Source of the DNA: Eledone cirrhosa
Taxonomy: Eukaryota
DNA length: 64,000 nt
Direction: 5' to 3'
Assembly (NCBI GenBank): GCA_964016885.1
Contig: OZ024744.1
Coordinates: 66,030,001 to 66,094,000 of the forward strand
The notes beneath the pieces are model-generated. The model was not told where the DNA came from, made no database searches, and worked only from the letters and a program-made list of their open reading frames with translations. Made by a program: the position numbers and the translations under genes. This document shows, piece after piece, positions 13,830-29,345 of this stretch (positions within the stretch are counted from its first letter, which is position 1; each line of letters begins with the position of its first letter).

Positions 13830-16097
13830 AAATCTACCTCTTATAGGTCTACTGTGGCAGAAACAGCTAAGGTCATAATTATCTAAGTATTCAGTGTCAT
13901 AAGTAAGTCTAAGTAGGAGGCCCAGTTCGTCTGTGTCGACGTCGCAGAACTCCACTTCGCTCTCACTGATTATTTCCACATTTTTCCACAACAAAATCAA
14001 TGTTAATGGATGGGTACAGTGATACTACATCCATACTGCCTATTATGCAGTTAGTTAAGTTTTTGTTGGTGTTGTATTTATTGATTCTGCTGAGGAGGTC
14101 CTCTGTGCTGTCACATATATCTGGGGACATCTTAATTATGGAGCGTATAACCATAGAGAAGAAGTAGGAGATCCTGTAGTTGCTTTAAGAGATAGACCCT
14201 CCCCCTATAACCTCAATGGCTAAAAAGACTCCCATGGGAAGATGGAAAGGATGGCCCAAAGCCATATGGACACCCAAAAACAATGATCAGGTGAGAAAAA
14301 TGGTCGCACATGCAATAGGGGATAATATTAAAACTACCCTAAAGCGCCATATGTTTAAATTTAAAGAAAAGATATACACCCAGAATGTGGGAGCGGCCAT
14401 TGGCGTCAGCATAACTGGTGATGTTGCCAATCTATTTATGGTATGGTGGGAAAGGAGACTCAGAGAACTCCTTGAAGAGAACTCCATAGACCTCGCCATG
14501 TACTCTCGTTATGTAGACGATATTAATATAGTAATAAGAACACCCCCACAAGAGAGTACTAATGAACATGAATTAGAAAATATCACAATGGAGGGCATCC
14601 AGCTGATAGCTAACTCCAAACACCAGAGTATAACTGTAACTGTTGACTACCTTTCCAAACATCCTAACAGTAGACTACCAGTATTAGACACGGAACTCCG
14701 GATAAACACTATAGACGAGAGGACCCAAATTCTCCACTCACACTATACTAAACCAATGGCCTCTAAATACCTGATACTCAAAAACTCAGCAATGTCCAAT
14801 GGTGCTAAGTTTAATATTCTGATTGCAGACTTGGTACGAGTGATGAATAATGTGTCCCGCATGTGCGACCCAACTGAAATGGAAAGACACATCCAACACT
14901 TCATCAACCGCATGCAGTTCTCTGGCTACCAAAGAGTATACAAAGGAGCCACGGAGAAATATAAGACCCTCATAGAAATGGATATGAAAGGAATTTGCCC
15001 ATTATACAGGAGAAAATCATGGAATAGCTTAGATAGGACTAAACATAAGTTAGGAAAAGCCACATCATGGGACGACAACTAGACATAGCAGAGTGTCATG
15101 TTCGTGGATACCACCCCTGCAGGGAAATTAGCTAAGAAAGACCCATTTAAAGATTAAAGTGGTAGAAAAGCCAGGAACTACCATAAAATCCCTGATCAGC
15201 AAGACATATCCCTTTAAGAAAACCCACTGTACAAATAAGAAATGTGTTATATGTAAAATGAACCTCCAGATAAACTGTAAAACTAGAAATGTAGTCTATA
15301 ACATAAGATGTACATAGGGTACTTGCAGAAACATGACAACGACATACATAGACGAGACAGCTCGAAGCATAGGAGAAAGAATAGATCAACACTGGGGGGA
15401 ACTAAAAGAACAAAAAAAAAAAAAGACGGTTCAGTACTATACGAACACGCCAGACGGTAATATAGACAACATGACGGTAATATAGACAACATAGAAATTA
15501 AAATTATATCTAAGCATAGAAATGACTCAACAGGTAGGCAAATCAGAGAAGCAACTGAGATAGAACTAAGAAGACCGAAGTTGAACAGAAAGAACGGTTG
15601 GAATAACAACAACAACTACACCCAAACAAACAACACTGACTTAAGGGAAATATAAATAAATAAATAAATAAATATGTACACAAGTACAATAACAACAAAC
15701 ACATATAAACACACACTAGTGAACACAGATAGAATAAAAAAACAAAAAACACACACACACCAAACATTATACACACAGGCAAACGCATGCACGGGGACAG
15801 ATACAAGAATAAACAAATAAATAAAAAAAATGGCGTAGACTACAATACAATACAATAGGAGAAACATAATAGCACCACTGATGATGTTGCAGATGTGCGA
15901 CGAAAGAACTTTGTTAGACTATATATATATATATTTATATCTGTATTTTTAACTGCTGGTCAATCAATGATAAACGTTGATTGCCAAATAAATTAACTAT
16001 GGAGATATAAAAGATACAGAAGCGTAAACCAACCAAACAGTGAGTGTGTTCTGTTATTATTTCTAGCAATATTATTACAACAATATGACCCTCCCCA
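13830..16097 (+). mobile_element. Penelope-like retroelement copy 1 (RT + GIY-YIG, degenerate, 5'-inverted)
   Basis: ORF 14216-15082 has GAAIGVSITGDVANLFM and YSRYVDDI. Broken endonuclease follows. 13830-14190 encodes the upstream RT motif [12 protein letters not shown] on the opposite strand. Hammerhead-bearing terminus at 15870-16097. Confidence 0.9.
15874..15915 (+). ncRNA. Hammerhead motif at the 3' terminus of PLE copy 1, weak stem I
   Basis: CTGATGA-t-gttgca-gatg-tgcgac-GAAA-gaac-TT. Related copies at 54516-54557 and ~11292-11333 (the latter with a mutated core). Confidence 0.55.
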
Positions 16098-17001
16098 AGT
16101 ATAACAATATTTGTTTCGACACATGATTTCATATCAAAAACCTTGCAAAACAAATTCATATATATACATATATATATATAAAAGCAGAGAAAAGAGAGGG
16201 TGAGAAAGAACGAGAAAGAGTGGGAAAAGAGAGACGTGCGCGCACATATAAATACGTAAATGCGTATGTGATGTATGTATATGTGTTTATATATATATAT
16301 ATGTGTTTGTATATATATATATACAAACACACACATATATATATATACATATATATATATATATGTACATATACATATACATAATGTATAATTATATTTA
16401 CGTGCGTGAAAACACACACACACATACGCACGCATGCACAAACACAGTCATTCACTCCTTTTCAAAGCAATCTTGAAGAAGAAACACCATCTTTGATCGC
16501 TTTCAAGCCTGATAGGATGTGACAGGATGACAGATCTGTAGCAGTCTGACGCTGCCTTCTCTTCACAATTGAAATTGACAGTCAATAATCATAACTGCAG
16601 CAGAGTTAAAAAGAATAGCAGCAGTATATACAAAACTTCGTAGCTTCGATAATGTTTTGTCCCGAGACTTAAATCTATAAGGGCGAATGGCAGATCAAAT
16701 ACTCGAATTTGAGGATTGTTGGGGGCAGGCCAAATTACTTCAACAACGAACGACGACCACCAACGCAAACTCATTGGGTTAATGTTATAATGTTTAATAT
16801 GTTTAATATCGATTTTATTGTATTGTATATGTAATGTTTGTGCTTCATGCAGGAATTGCTGTGTGGTTAAAGACTTTGATTCACAGCTACACTACATAGT
16901 TTCGGGTTCTGTCTCAGCACTGTGTAATGACAAGTGTATCTATTCTATTATAGATCGATGCTTTGTAATTGGAATTTAGTAGGCGCAAAATGTAGAAGCG
17001 C

Positions 17002-17089
<88 letters not shown>

Positions 17090-17259
17090 TGTAGAAGTTT
17101 TATTTAATTTGTTGGAATTCCGACAAACATAAATGTTTATAACTGATTTAGACCACTCAACAGATACTGGAGTAAATATTCCATGATATAAAATAAATGG
17201 AAACCGACCGATAAGGTTGAATTTTCATGGGTACGTCTTTATTTATAAAACAAACTTTG

Positions 17260-17324
17260 TATTTTATCTGATGAAAGCGCACTAAGGTTGGCTAGGTTGC
17301 CCTTGAAATATATATAATAAAATA
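17260..17324 (+). ncRNA. Minimal hammerhead motif
   Basis: tattttat-CTGATGA-aag...ctt-GAAA-tatata-TA-ataaaata; perfect 8-bp stem I. Confidence 0.6.
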
Positions 17325-17517
17325 AATATGGTTTTATAAATATAGTTTCCATTTATTTTATATCATGGTATATATATATATATATATACATATCAATGAT
17401 ATTAATAATATTAATCATATATCAATGATATTAATAAATGGAAACTATATTTATAAAATCATCATATTTATTCTATTATATATATTTCAAGGGTACCAAT
17501 ACTTTGGTATCCCTTTG

Positions 17518-17574
<57 letters not shown>

Positions 17575-17742
17575 AAGTTAAATAAAAGTCAAATGATTAA
17601 AATTTAGCTTCGTTTATTACTGTTATATATATTTCAGTGACAGCCATCTTTGGCTGTGACCTCTTCAGGCAGTTTGAATTAGTATGGTATAGACAAGTAC
17701 ACCTAAACAACATATGTACTTGTCTATACCATACCAATTCAA

Positions 17743-17797
17743 ACTGCCTGAAGAGGTCACAGCCAAAGATGGCTGTCACTGAAATATATATAGCAGT
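17743..17797 (+). ncRNA. Minimal hammerhead motif, with a mirror copy on the minus strand at 17619-17673
   Basis: actgc-CTGAAGA-ggtcacagcca-aaga-tggctgtcact-GAAA-tatata-TA-gcagt. Confidence 0.75.
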
Positions 17798-17951
17798 AAT
17801 AAACGAAGCTAAATTTTAATCATTTGACTTTTATTTAACTTTATTTTACACTACTCCGGAGTAACCAAACCAACCTGCGCACTTCGTCGAGTGCTCCAGC
17901 CTGCATACTGAGGTGTTGGTATACAACCAACATAAACTCAAAATCTATATA

Positions 17952-17989
<38 letters not shown>

Positions 17990-17990
<1 letters not shown>

Positions 17991-19930
17991 TATTGTTATA
18001 CTTAGGGAGGGTCATGTTGCCAATAAGAAACACACGCACCAGTTGCTTTCACTTCAATTTATTATAATAAATTTATAATAAATTTATAAATTTATAAATT
18101 TCTGGTTGGTTGGTTGGTTCCACAACCAGATAGTTGTTTATATATTGTCATAGTTCTTTCGTCGCACACTCTGTGACCTCTTCAGTGACTGGGGATTCAT
18201 TTCTTTGTTTCTGTACCTCTCCTTTGTTCTGTCCTACGCCATTTTGTTTCTGTGTGTGTGTTGTGTGCTCAGTCTGCGCATGCGCCACATCCGGGTGTCT
18301 GTGTGTGTTTATGTTCATTTATTTATTTGTTTATTTACATGTTACTGGTTGGTTGTTTGTTCTATGTGTGTGTGTGTTTTCATTTTGTCCTTAATTGTAA
18401 GTTGTGATGTTGCTGTTCCACCCATATTTTCTATTTAATTTTGGTTGTAATTCTTTTATGTTTATTGCCTCTGTAATTTTTCTAAATATTGCGTCTTTTC
18501 TGTGTGTAGATTCAATTTTTATTTCTATGTTCTCTAATTTACCTTTGTGTTCTATTTTAGCATGTTGGTAGAGTACAGATGATTCTTTACTATCTTGAAG
18601 GTCTCGCCAGTGTTCATTTATCCGTTCCCCTATACTACGTACGAGCTGTCTCACCTATGTACACTATATTTTTGTCTCTACATTGTCCTTCAGTACATCT
18701 TATGCTATACACTACATTTCTAGTTTTACAGTTAATATGGGGGCTTATTTTACAGGTTATACATTTCTTATCTATACATGAGGGTCTTTGAAAAGGGTAT
18801 GTCTTTCTAATGAGTGTTTTTACGGAGGTACCTGGTCTTTCTACTATCTTAATATTGAGTTTATGTTTATTTAGGGCCCTCCTAAATTTGTAAGCTAATT
18901 CACCTCTAGGGGTTGTATCGATGAACATTACACTCTGGTATTTATTGCTATCATACCATGAGTTTATTCTATTAGCCTTGTTCCTAGTTCTTTCTATTCT
19001 ATTCCAAAATTTGCTCCTATACAAGGGGCAGGTCCCATTTATGTCATTATTTACCATTTTTTCCCATTTGGTTCTGGCTCCTCTATACACTCTGATTTTA
19101 TCTCTCTGATTGTAGCCAGAGAACTGCATACGGTGGATGAAGTGTTGTATGTGTCTCTCTAGTTCTTCGGGGTTGCACATGCGGGACACGTTTCTCATCA
19201 CCCGTACCAAATCCGCAATCAGTATGTTGATTTTGGTATGGTCCGAAACGGCCGAGTTTCGGTGGATCAGATGTTTGGAAGTCATGGGTTTGGCATAATG
19301 GGAATGGAGGATTTGTTTTTTGTTGTTAATGGTATCTAACCAGAGCTCTGTGTCTAGTACAGGTAATCGATGGTTGGGGTGTTTACTTGGGTAGTCTATA
19401 GTAACTCTAATGCTCTGGTGGATGGAGTTTGCTATTTGCTGGATGCTTTCCATTGTGTTTTTCTCTAGTTCCTGACTGTTCTCTAGAGGGGTGTCTTAAC
19501 TACGATGTTTATATCATCAACGTAGCGGGAGTACATTATCAGGGTTAAGGGGGCTTCTAATTGTTCTTTAAGTTTAAGTTTAAGTCTACTGTCCCACCAT
19601 ACCATGAATAAGTTAGCTATGTCGCCTGCAATGCTAACACCAATGGCTGCTCCTTCCTCTTGGGCATATGTTTTACCATTAAATTTGAACATATGTTCCT
19701 TAAGGGTTAGTTTTATGCTGGCCCCTACCGCATGTGCAATCATTTTCTTCAGTTCATCGTGGTTTTCGGGTGTCCGTATGGCTCTGGTCCACCCGTTCCA
19801 TCTATCTGTGTGGGTTTTCTTGGCCATTGAGGTAATATTAGGTGGTCTGCCTCTTGCTGGTCTTGTAGGGCACAGGTTGCTAAGGTCATATGTGTCTAGG
19901 TAATTATTACTATGGGTAAGTTTAAGTTTA
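17990..19930 (-). mobile_element. Penelope-like retroelement copy 2 (Neptune-like Cys-rich linker), 5'-truncated and frameshifted
   Basis: RT motif YSRYVDDI; linker CIDKKCITC; GIY-YIG NVVYSIRC...YIGETAR / GERINEH...QHAKIEH...EAINIKELQPKLN. Frameshifts near 19470 and 18640 (4-bp CGTA duplication). Confidence 0.9.
18147..18189 (-). ncRNA. Hammerhead motif at the 3' terminus of PLE copy 2
   Basis: Minus strand reads gtca-CTGAAGA-ggtcacagagtgtgcgac-GAAA-gaac-TA-tgac. Confidence 0.7.
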
Positions 19931-20098
19931 TATATAAATTGTTTTCATGTTATTATCTTTACTGTCATAACTATTTTACGCATCTATCTACTCATCATTA
20001 CAACTACGACTACTACCACCACTACTATTATTATTATGAGTAACACACACACACACATATATCCATATATGGTCCCTAAATCTCTCTCTCTCAATCTC

Positions 20099-20159
<61 letters not shown>

Positions 20160-20385
20160 GTACATGTATATATATATATACAAGTGGATGCTTAGTAAAA
20201 TCGAAGGTTTGGCTGCGGCCAAGCAAAGTCAACCTACAATTAGGAATGAGTAGCAAAGCACTCAATAAGGGAAAGTCTTCAGAGTAATAACATTACGTTT
20301 AGATAGCTTGACAAATTGAAAATTGCGGCAGGCAAAACCCAACCATACAATACCAAAACAACGAAAAAAACTAATCAGGTTAAAC

Positions 20386-20935
<550 letters not shown>

Positions 20936-20952
20936 AATTTTATATATATATA

Positions 20953-21043
<91 letters not shown>

Positions 21044-21630
21044 ATATATATATATAAACAAGCAAAAATAAATCGAAAATCATCTCGGTTTCGTCGTTCT
21101 GTAAAGAGCTCAATAAATAAAAGTGTTGTGATTCTACTAATCTATACAGCACACTATAGATCTGGCTTCAACAGAGGATTGATTAATTTAGATTAGATGA
21201 AAGCGAAAATATTGAATGCAATCTTCTTGTGGCCTGGAGCCTATGTCCAATAATTGCTCTCATGTTGGGGATAACCCAACTATCTATCGAATAGACTTTG
21301 ATGGTCGAGCCGCCGCCTGACTTTGGCAAAGACAGCTGGAACATTGGTAAGCGGTTATTTGTCGGTTATGACCATAAAAGGTAGTATAGAGTATAAAAGA
21401 GAAAGGACTGATGCCAAATCTCAATCTCAGTGTTGGAAGCCATCATCACATTCGTGGTTATGAGAGATAAAACGAGTGAATGAAACACTATGTAAGAACA
21501 TTTGTTAAGTTATGTTCCAAACACCAGCTATACAATGAGAAAGTTAGTTATATTATTGAATCCCTCCAAATCGTTGATTATTGTCTAAATTATCTGAAAA
21601 CCATAGGCAATGTCTTTCGTGAGAATAATA

Positions 21631-21822
21631 CAGTGCCGGACTTAGGACAAATGAGGCCCTGTGCTAGTTAAGTGTGAGGCTCCTTTGAACTTTTGACACT
21701 TAAAAAACATTTGAAAAATTCATCGTAAAAAACGTTTTGGGTGGGAAGATGGTTCCCGTCCTGGCCAACGAGCAGGGCCCTATGCTTAAGCACACCTAAG
21801 CACAATGGTAAATCCGGCACTA
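21631..21822. mobile_element. hAT-like MITE
   Basis: Termini cagtgccgga...tccggcact. Confidence 0.55.
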
Positions 21823-21934
21823 GAAATATGGTAACGAAAGCGTTAAAAACCAGGCAGATTGAATACAGAGAAAAGTCATTTGTTTACCTCGAGTAAAATT
21901 TTGGAATGTGGGTAAGAGAGGGAGGACTCGTGTA

Positions 21935-22015
<81 letters not shown>

Positions 22016-22378
22016 TTTTTGTTTTGTCCTTTGGATATGGATGTTAGAGCAAAGAGAAAACATCTATATGGTAAGAATAATTCCAGAACTCTGATATTAA
22101 TATACGAACACACACGAATACATAGTATCATTAAACAAACACACGTACACACACACACATATATATATATACATGCACATACATTCATGTACATACGTAC
22201 ATATATATATATATATATAGACACACACATACATTCATACACACATATATATATATATATATACAATCATACACACATATACATATAAATATACATACGT
22301 ACATGTCTATGTATCTATATTTATATATATTTATACATAAACACACACAGACTCACACACACACACACATATATATAT

Positions 22379-22443
<65 letters not shown>

Positions 22444-22799
22444 CGAAAGGGCAGAGAAGGTGAGAGAGCGATGATGAGATAAATAAATAGACACACACCC
22501 CACACACGGAGACGAACAAGACACGTACGTACTCACAAAAGAGGAAGATACAGAACATATGTCATTCATCAAATGATGCTCCCTATATATACACATATAC
22601 ATAATATATATATATTATATATATATATATATATGTATATAATATATATATATATAATATATATATATAAAATATATATATGTATAATATATATATGTAT
22701 AATATACATATATAATATATATTATATATATAATATATAATATATATATATAAGTATGAATTTCGTTTCATTTTTTCTGTTTATATAATATATATATAC

Positions 22800-22841
<42 letters not shown>

Positions 22842-23079
22842 ATATATATATATATATAATATATATATATGTATAATATATATATATAATATAATATATA
22901 TATAACATATAAATATATATATATATATATATATAATATATATATATTATATATATATATATATTATATATATGTATATAATATATATATATATATAATA
23001 TATATATATGTATAATATATATATGTATAATATATATATGTATAATATATATATATAATATATAATATATATAACACAA

Positions 23080-23142
<63 letters not shown>

Positions 23143-23178
23143 ATATAATATATATATATATAATATATATATGTATAA

Positions 23179-23210
<32 letters not shown>

Positions 23211-24146
23211 ATATATATATATATAATATATATATGTATAATATATATATATATATATAATATATATATATATATAAATATATGTAAGGTATGCATGTAT
23301 ACGTACATACATATATGTATACAGACGTACAGTAGCATGCACATATATATATATATACATATATATATACATATGCATACAGGTACACATACATATATGG
23401 CATAAATTCAGGCTGTTCAGTTTGTTTACAAACGAACAAAGCGACGTTATAATAAGCGCCGCTAAACTGATACGTGCATATATGTATGTGTACCTGTATG
23501 CATATGTATATATATATGTGTATAAATATATATATATATATGTGTGCATGCTACTGTACGTCTGTATACATATATGTATGTACGTATACATGCATACTTA
23601 CATTTAAGTAAGTGCCATACTAAGAGTGAGAAATGAAATTTCATTTTCATTTTGTTTCTATTTATATAATATATAATATATATATAACATATATATATAT
23701 ATATATATGTATGTATATAATATATATATATATATAATATATATATGTATAATAATATATAATATATAATATATATATATAACATATATATATATTATAT
23801 ATATATATGTATAATATATATATAATATATAATATATATATATACATATATATATATATAAAACCGATTGAGTTGTTATTTCTGTTTACCTTTTACATAC
23901 ATATTTAATATATATACATATTTAATATATATACATATATATATAATATAATATATATATATATATATATATATAGAATATATATAGTTATATATATATG
24001 TATATATAAAATTAATTTTCAGAGTCAATAAGAAATTCTAAAGCTTAATATTTCATTTTATGTTCAACTCGATAATCATTAGAACAGATGTTTGATGATA
24101 AGTTAGTACAAGTTATATGATACCTGGTGTGTGTGTGTGTCTTTGT

Positions 24147-24224
<78 letters not shown>

Positions 24225-24301
24225 GCACAAATATATAACAAAAAATAGTATCCACTTGCAAATGAAATATTAGGCTTTAGAACACACACACTCACACACA
24301 T

Positions 24302-24339
<38 letters not shown>

Positions 24340-24843
24340 GTACACACACACATACAAAAATACAATCTATTTGCAAATGAAATATTAAGCTTTAGAATAG
24401 ACACACCACACACATACAACACACATAAACTCACATATACATATATTCACATACATATATTTATGCAGATAAAATTACTTTTTTCCTTAAATACATTTTT
24501 TTTACTTGCAACGTTCTCAATAGCAATATACTTCAGTACTGTACCTAATATAATTTTGAAATTTTAGCCTGTATTTGGACTGATTTATAGTACTATATGT
24601 TTGAAATAAATCATATTCCACACACAACACACACACACACATATATATATATAGGAACAAGTATGACCCCGACCGCAGAGCTCAACCCGTTTCGACGGCA
24701 AATTCAGTCCAGAATTTGCCGTCGAAACGGCTTGAACTCTGCCGTCGGGGTCATCCTTGTTCCTATTACCATCATTCTACTACCCTAAGTATTGAGTACT
24801 TTGGTGCGTTATGGTCCCCTTGGTTCCTTACCACATTCCTTCG

Positions 24844-24906
<63 letters not shown>

Positions 24907-25101
24907 AGTATGCATGTATACGTACATACATATATATATACAGACGTACAGTAGTATGTATATTATACATACATGCACACATATATATATATGTACGTAT
25001 GGGTTTACCGAACATTTATTATAATGCTCGGTTTATTTGTTTGTAAACTATTATATATATATATACGAGTAATATATATATTATAATAGGTAATATATGT
25101 A

Positions 25102-25140
<39 letters not shown>

Positions 25141-25647
25141 TCGCACACCTCTACGGAACTACTTTAGGAACTTACCACGGACATACACTCACTTTTCGAA
25201 CCACGCCACCTACATCAACACCACGTATAAACACCAGCACACACGTGCGTACCCCCACATATATACATTCAGCCTCCGGAATCCTCACCCCCTCCCTCTG
25301 ACCCCTCCCCATCCACACGCACGCACAGACCGACATACACCCCACCCCACACACACATCTTTCCTGAACATGGAACCTCGTTCTTCCCCCAACTCTCACA
25401 TCCACACACACCTACACACATAAACAAACACCATCTTCAGCCCTCCCCCGCTCGGACACCCCGCCTCCCTCTCCCTATTCCACCCGCCACCACCCCTACA
25501 CGCCCCACACCCTTATCTTTATGTTTATTTTAATTTTTATTTGTACACCTTCCAACCAGGTTTTCCTCCCTTTTCTCTCTCCCCTTTTTTCTAAATGTCT
25601 CTCCACCACTCCCCCACACCCCTCCGAACTCTCTTCCCCACCCACTT

Positions 25648-25685
25648 TTTTCCTGAAGAAGGGCTTATGCCCGAAACGTCCGTTC
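25648..25685 (+). ncRNA. Degenerate hammerhead motif in a PLE 3' remnant (~25140-25770)
   Basis: CTGAAGA-a-gggc-ttat-gccc-GAAA-cg-TC; stem I is poor. Confidence 0.45.
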
Positions 25686-25815
25686 CCCAACCTCCCCCCA
25701 CTCTCAAGAGCGTGAAACTAATAAACCCTTTGTTTGTACTGCCTCTCTGTTTTTGTTCCCGTTCCAATTATCACTATATATGTATATATATACACACACA
25801 CACGTGGTGTGTGTG

Positions 25816-25876
<61 letters not shown>

Positions 25877-25877
25877 T

Positions 25878-25945
<68 letters not shown>

Positions 25946-26362
25946 TGTGTGTGCGTGTCTGTATGCGAATTAGCAGAGTTGTTAGAACGGCAGATAGAAT
26001 GATTTGCAGTATTCATTCTAGCTGTCTGTGTTCCGAGTTCAAATCCCGCCGAGGTCAACTTTGTCTGTCATCCTTCCGTCGTCGTTAATTAAAGATTAGT
26101 CGACAACTAGGTTTATTTTTCTCCTACGTCTCTTTTTCTGTCTCGTTCTCTGGAAAGGGGTGGTTTCCGCACTTCGGATTCTACCCAGCAGTTTAAGCAA
26201 AGAATCTTCAGAAGATCTCGTTAAAGGGTGAAAGAAGATTCTTTGCTTAAACTTCAATCTGTTATTTTAATAAATATTTGCTCTGAAGTTCTTATATATT
26301 TGAAACATATTTATCCTTATCGAGTCCTCTTTGGATTTTAGTCTTCACATTTATTATTATCA

Positions 26363-26413
<51 letters not shown>

Positions 26414-26557
26414 AAAATTAGTCCCTCGTCAGTGATTTGCCAACCATCATGATATTTCATCGCATTAATGATGGGTTGGCAAATCACTGACGAGGGACTA
26501 ATTTTATCATATGTAACCCATGTGCAACCACGCAGTATTCTTCTTTCTTCTCATGTT

Positions 26558-26612
<55 letters not shown>

Positions 26613-27237
26613 TATACATATTATATATAGTGAAAGAGTGAAGAATAACGTGGTCGGCTGTACAAAAAGGGTTTTATTTACAGTATTAACAATTGTTTCA
26701 TTGATCAGGTAAGTCTAAATGCCACTAATCACTCGATGTTGCGTCACTCGACCTTAAATACAGTGTGTGTCTCTGATCAAATCATCGGAAAAACTCACTG
26801 CATAACTATGGAAGCATCTTGTTCAGTCAAACAACGCCGTACGCTAAAACTATCCATAATTACAGAGTACTCACAACCTCTAACTGGATTACCTATAACG
26901 ATAACTTGTTATCCCATATATATATTTTTTTTTTCGAACTGAAATCATCTATATATATATATATATATACATACATATATATATATACATATATATATAT
27001 ATGTGCATATATATATTTATATATATACATTATATATGCACATATATTACACATACATACATATATATATACATATATATATATATGCACATATATATAC
27101 ATACATACATATATATATACATATATATATGCACATATATATACATACATACATACATATATATATATATATATGGCACATATATATACATACATACATT
27201 CATACATATATATATACATATATATATATATATGCAC

Positions 27238-27269
<32 letters not shown>

Positions 27270-27428
27270 GCACATATATATACATACATACATACATATA
27301 TATATATATATATGCACATATATATATGCACATATATATAACATACAAACATACATATATATATACACATATATATACATACATACATACATATATACAT
27401 ATTAATATATACACATATATATACATAC

Positions 27429-27493
<65 letters not shown>

Positions 27494-27529
27494 TATATAT
27501 ACATATATATACATATATACATATATACA

Positions 27530-27960
27530 TGCTAGAACATTATGGAAGGAAAGATCACAAATACATTCGGCTATATCCCCAAGCGAGACCAATCCCAGCT
27601 CATGGTTATTATTCAACCCTCTTTCTCGGGGTCTATACGTGGGTCTTCTGCCGGTTGGTTTGCTCGTAAAATCTGTCCAGTAAAATCTTTCCTGAGATAT
27701 TCTTACCACATGCCCACAGTATCGGAACTGTGATCTCTCAATTTGGAGAAGTAGCAGCTCTACCTGGAGTGACTCTCTGATCTCCAAATTTACACACTCT
27801 ATCGAGTAACGTTACTCCACAGAGGAACCCCATTTTTGTATTCGCGATCGCATTCTTTCAGTCATTACCCAAGGTTCATGACCATAGGTAAGGGTTGGCA
27901 CGAATACTGAATTAAAGATAGCGAGTTTGGGTATTACACCTACCTCCGTTTTTCTGGAAA
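27530..27960 (-). mobile_element. RTE-clade LINE 3' fragment
   Basis: SVFVPTLTYGHEPWVMTER and [19 protein letters not shown]...PTGRRP; same family at 43650-44150. Confidence 0.75.
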
Positions 27961-28192
27961 CGAGGGCAACACTTCCGCGGAAGGAACACCGCAAGGTGGC
28001 ATGGCTGATGTTGCGGGGGGTATCGATGATTAATTTGTGCAACAATGCTTTCGGTCATTTCGTCCGCGGGGCGCAGCTAACATATACATCCAGTCAAGAA
28101 TGGAGAGTTTACTTCTCCCTACACCCACTCCCACCGCAACGTTTCCATTTATTATTATTAGTTTTTTTTCTTTGAATTTTTATTCGTCATAT

Positions 28193-28773
28193 TTTACGTT
28201 CTGAGTTCAAATCCCGCCGAAGTTAACTTTATCTTTCATCCTTACGGGGTCGATAAAATAAAGTACCAGTAATGTACTGGGATAATTGTGCCAAAAAGTA
28301 GAAACAATTATTAGGGTATTTTGAAAATTTAAATAAATATTAAGTCAGGTAATGGTTTCTTATATAGGCACAAGGCCAGCAATTTTGGGGCAAGTCGATT
28401 AAATCGACCCCAGTGTGTAACTGGTACTTTATTTTATCGACCCAGTAAGCATGAAAGGCAAAGTTAACCTCGGTGGGATTTGAACTCAGATCGTAAAAGG
28501 CCGTAACTCTATACTGCAAGGCATGGCGTCCGACCCTAATAATAATAATAATTGAATAATAATAATGATTTCTACTTTAGGCACAAGGCCAGCAATTTTG
28601 GGGGAGGGGAAAGTCGATTAAATCGACTCCAGTGCGTGACTGGTACTTTATTTTATCGACCCCGGAAGGATGAAAGGCAAAGTTAACCTCGGTGGGATTT
28701 GAACTCAGAACGTATCTCTATGCTGCAAAGCATGTTGTCCAACGCTCTACCGATACTACCAAACCACCGCCCT
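28193..28773. mobile_element. Cluster of three SINE family A copies (+,-,-)
   Basis: 28193-28312 (+), 28352-28538 (-), 28563-28773 (-). Confidence 0.8.
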
Positions 28774-29141
28774 TATAATTTATAATTCTCCTTCGTCATT
28801 GTCATCTTCTTCTTCTTCTTCTTCTTCTTCTTCTTCTTCTTCTTCTTCTTTTTCGTCATCTTCTTTGTCGTCGTCGCCGCCATCGTCGTCTTCTCCTTCG
28901 TCGTCGTCGCCATGGTCGTCGTCATCTTCTTCTTCTTGGGAGAGAGAGAGAGAGTGGGGCGGAGAGAGAGAGAGGCGAAAGGGGAAGAAAGGGATCGGGG
29001 TGGTATTTTATCGATCTCAAAAAAAAAAAAAAGAAAGATGAAAGGCAAAGTTGACCCCAGCGTGATTTGAGTGCAAAAGGGAGTCAGCAGTTGGACGTAG
29101 GGGAGGACACACACATAACAAATCCATCCAATCCCACCACC

Positions 29142-29173
<32 letters not shown>

Positions 29174-29345
29174 CAACCAAAGTTACTCTGCCAATTCATT
29201 CGCATGCCTTGGATATTAAGTTAGTTATGTTAAAGAACAGCTGGGATATGTATTCCCAGAAATCACCAAACCAAACAAGTTAACAAGTAGGACAAACAAT
29301 CTTTCCTCATCCTCCCCCTTCCACCCCCCGCCCCTCACTAGCTCA

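Noticed and set aside
14216-19827. PLE ORFs as functional genes
   Set aside because: Both copies are truncated and carry stops or frameshifts.
26191-26252. Hammerhead-like CAGAWGA...GAAA family (also ~51241-51272 and 59357-59390)
   Set aside because: The core reads CAGA rather than CUGA and there is no proper stem III or NUH. Kept only as a PLE terminus, not as an active ribozyme.
26411-26510. Hairpin containing CTGACGA
   Set aside because: No downstream GAAA or stem III; it is only a fold-back remnant.
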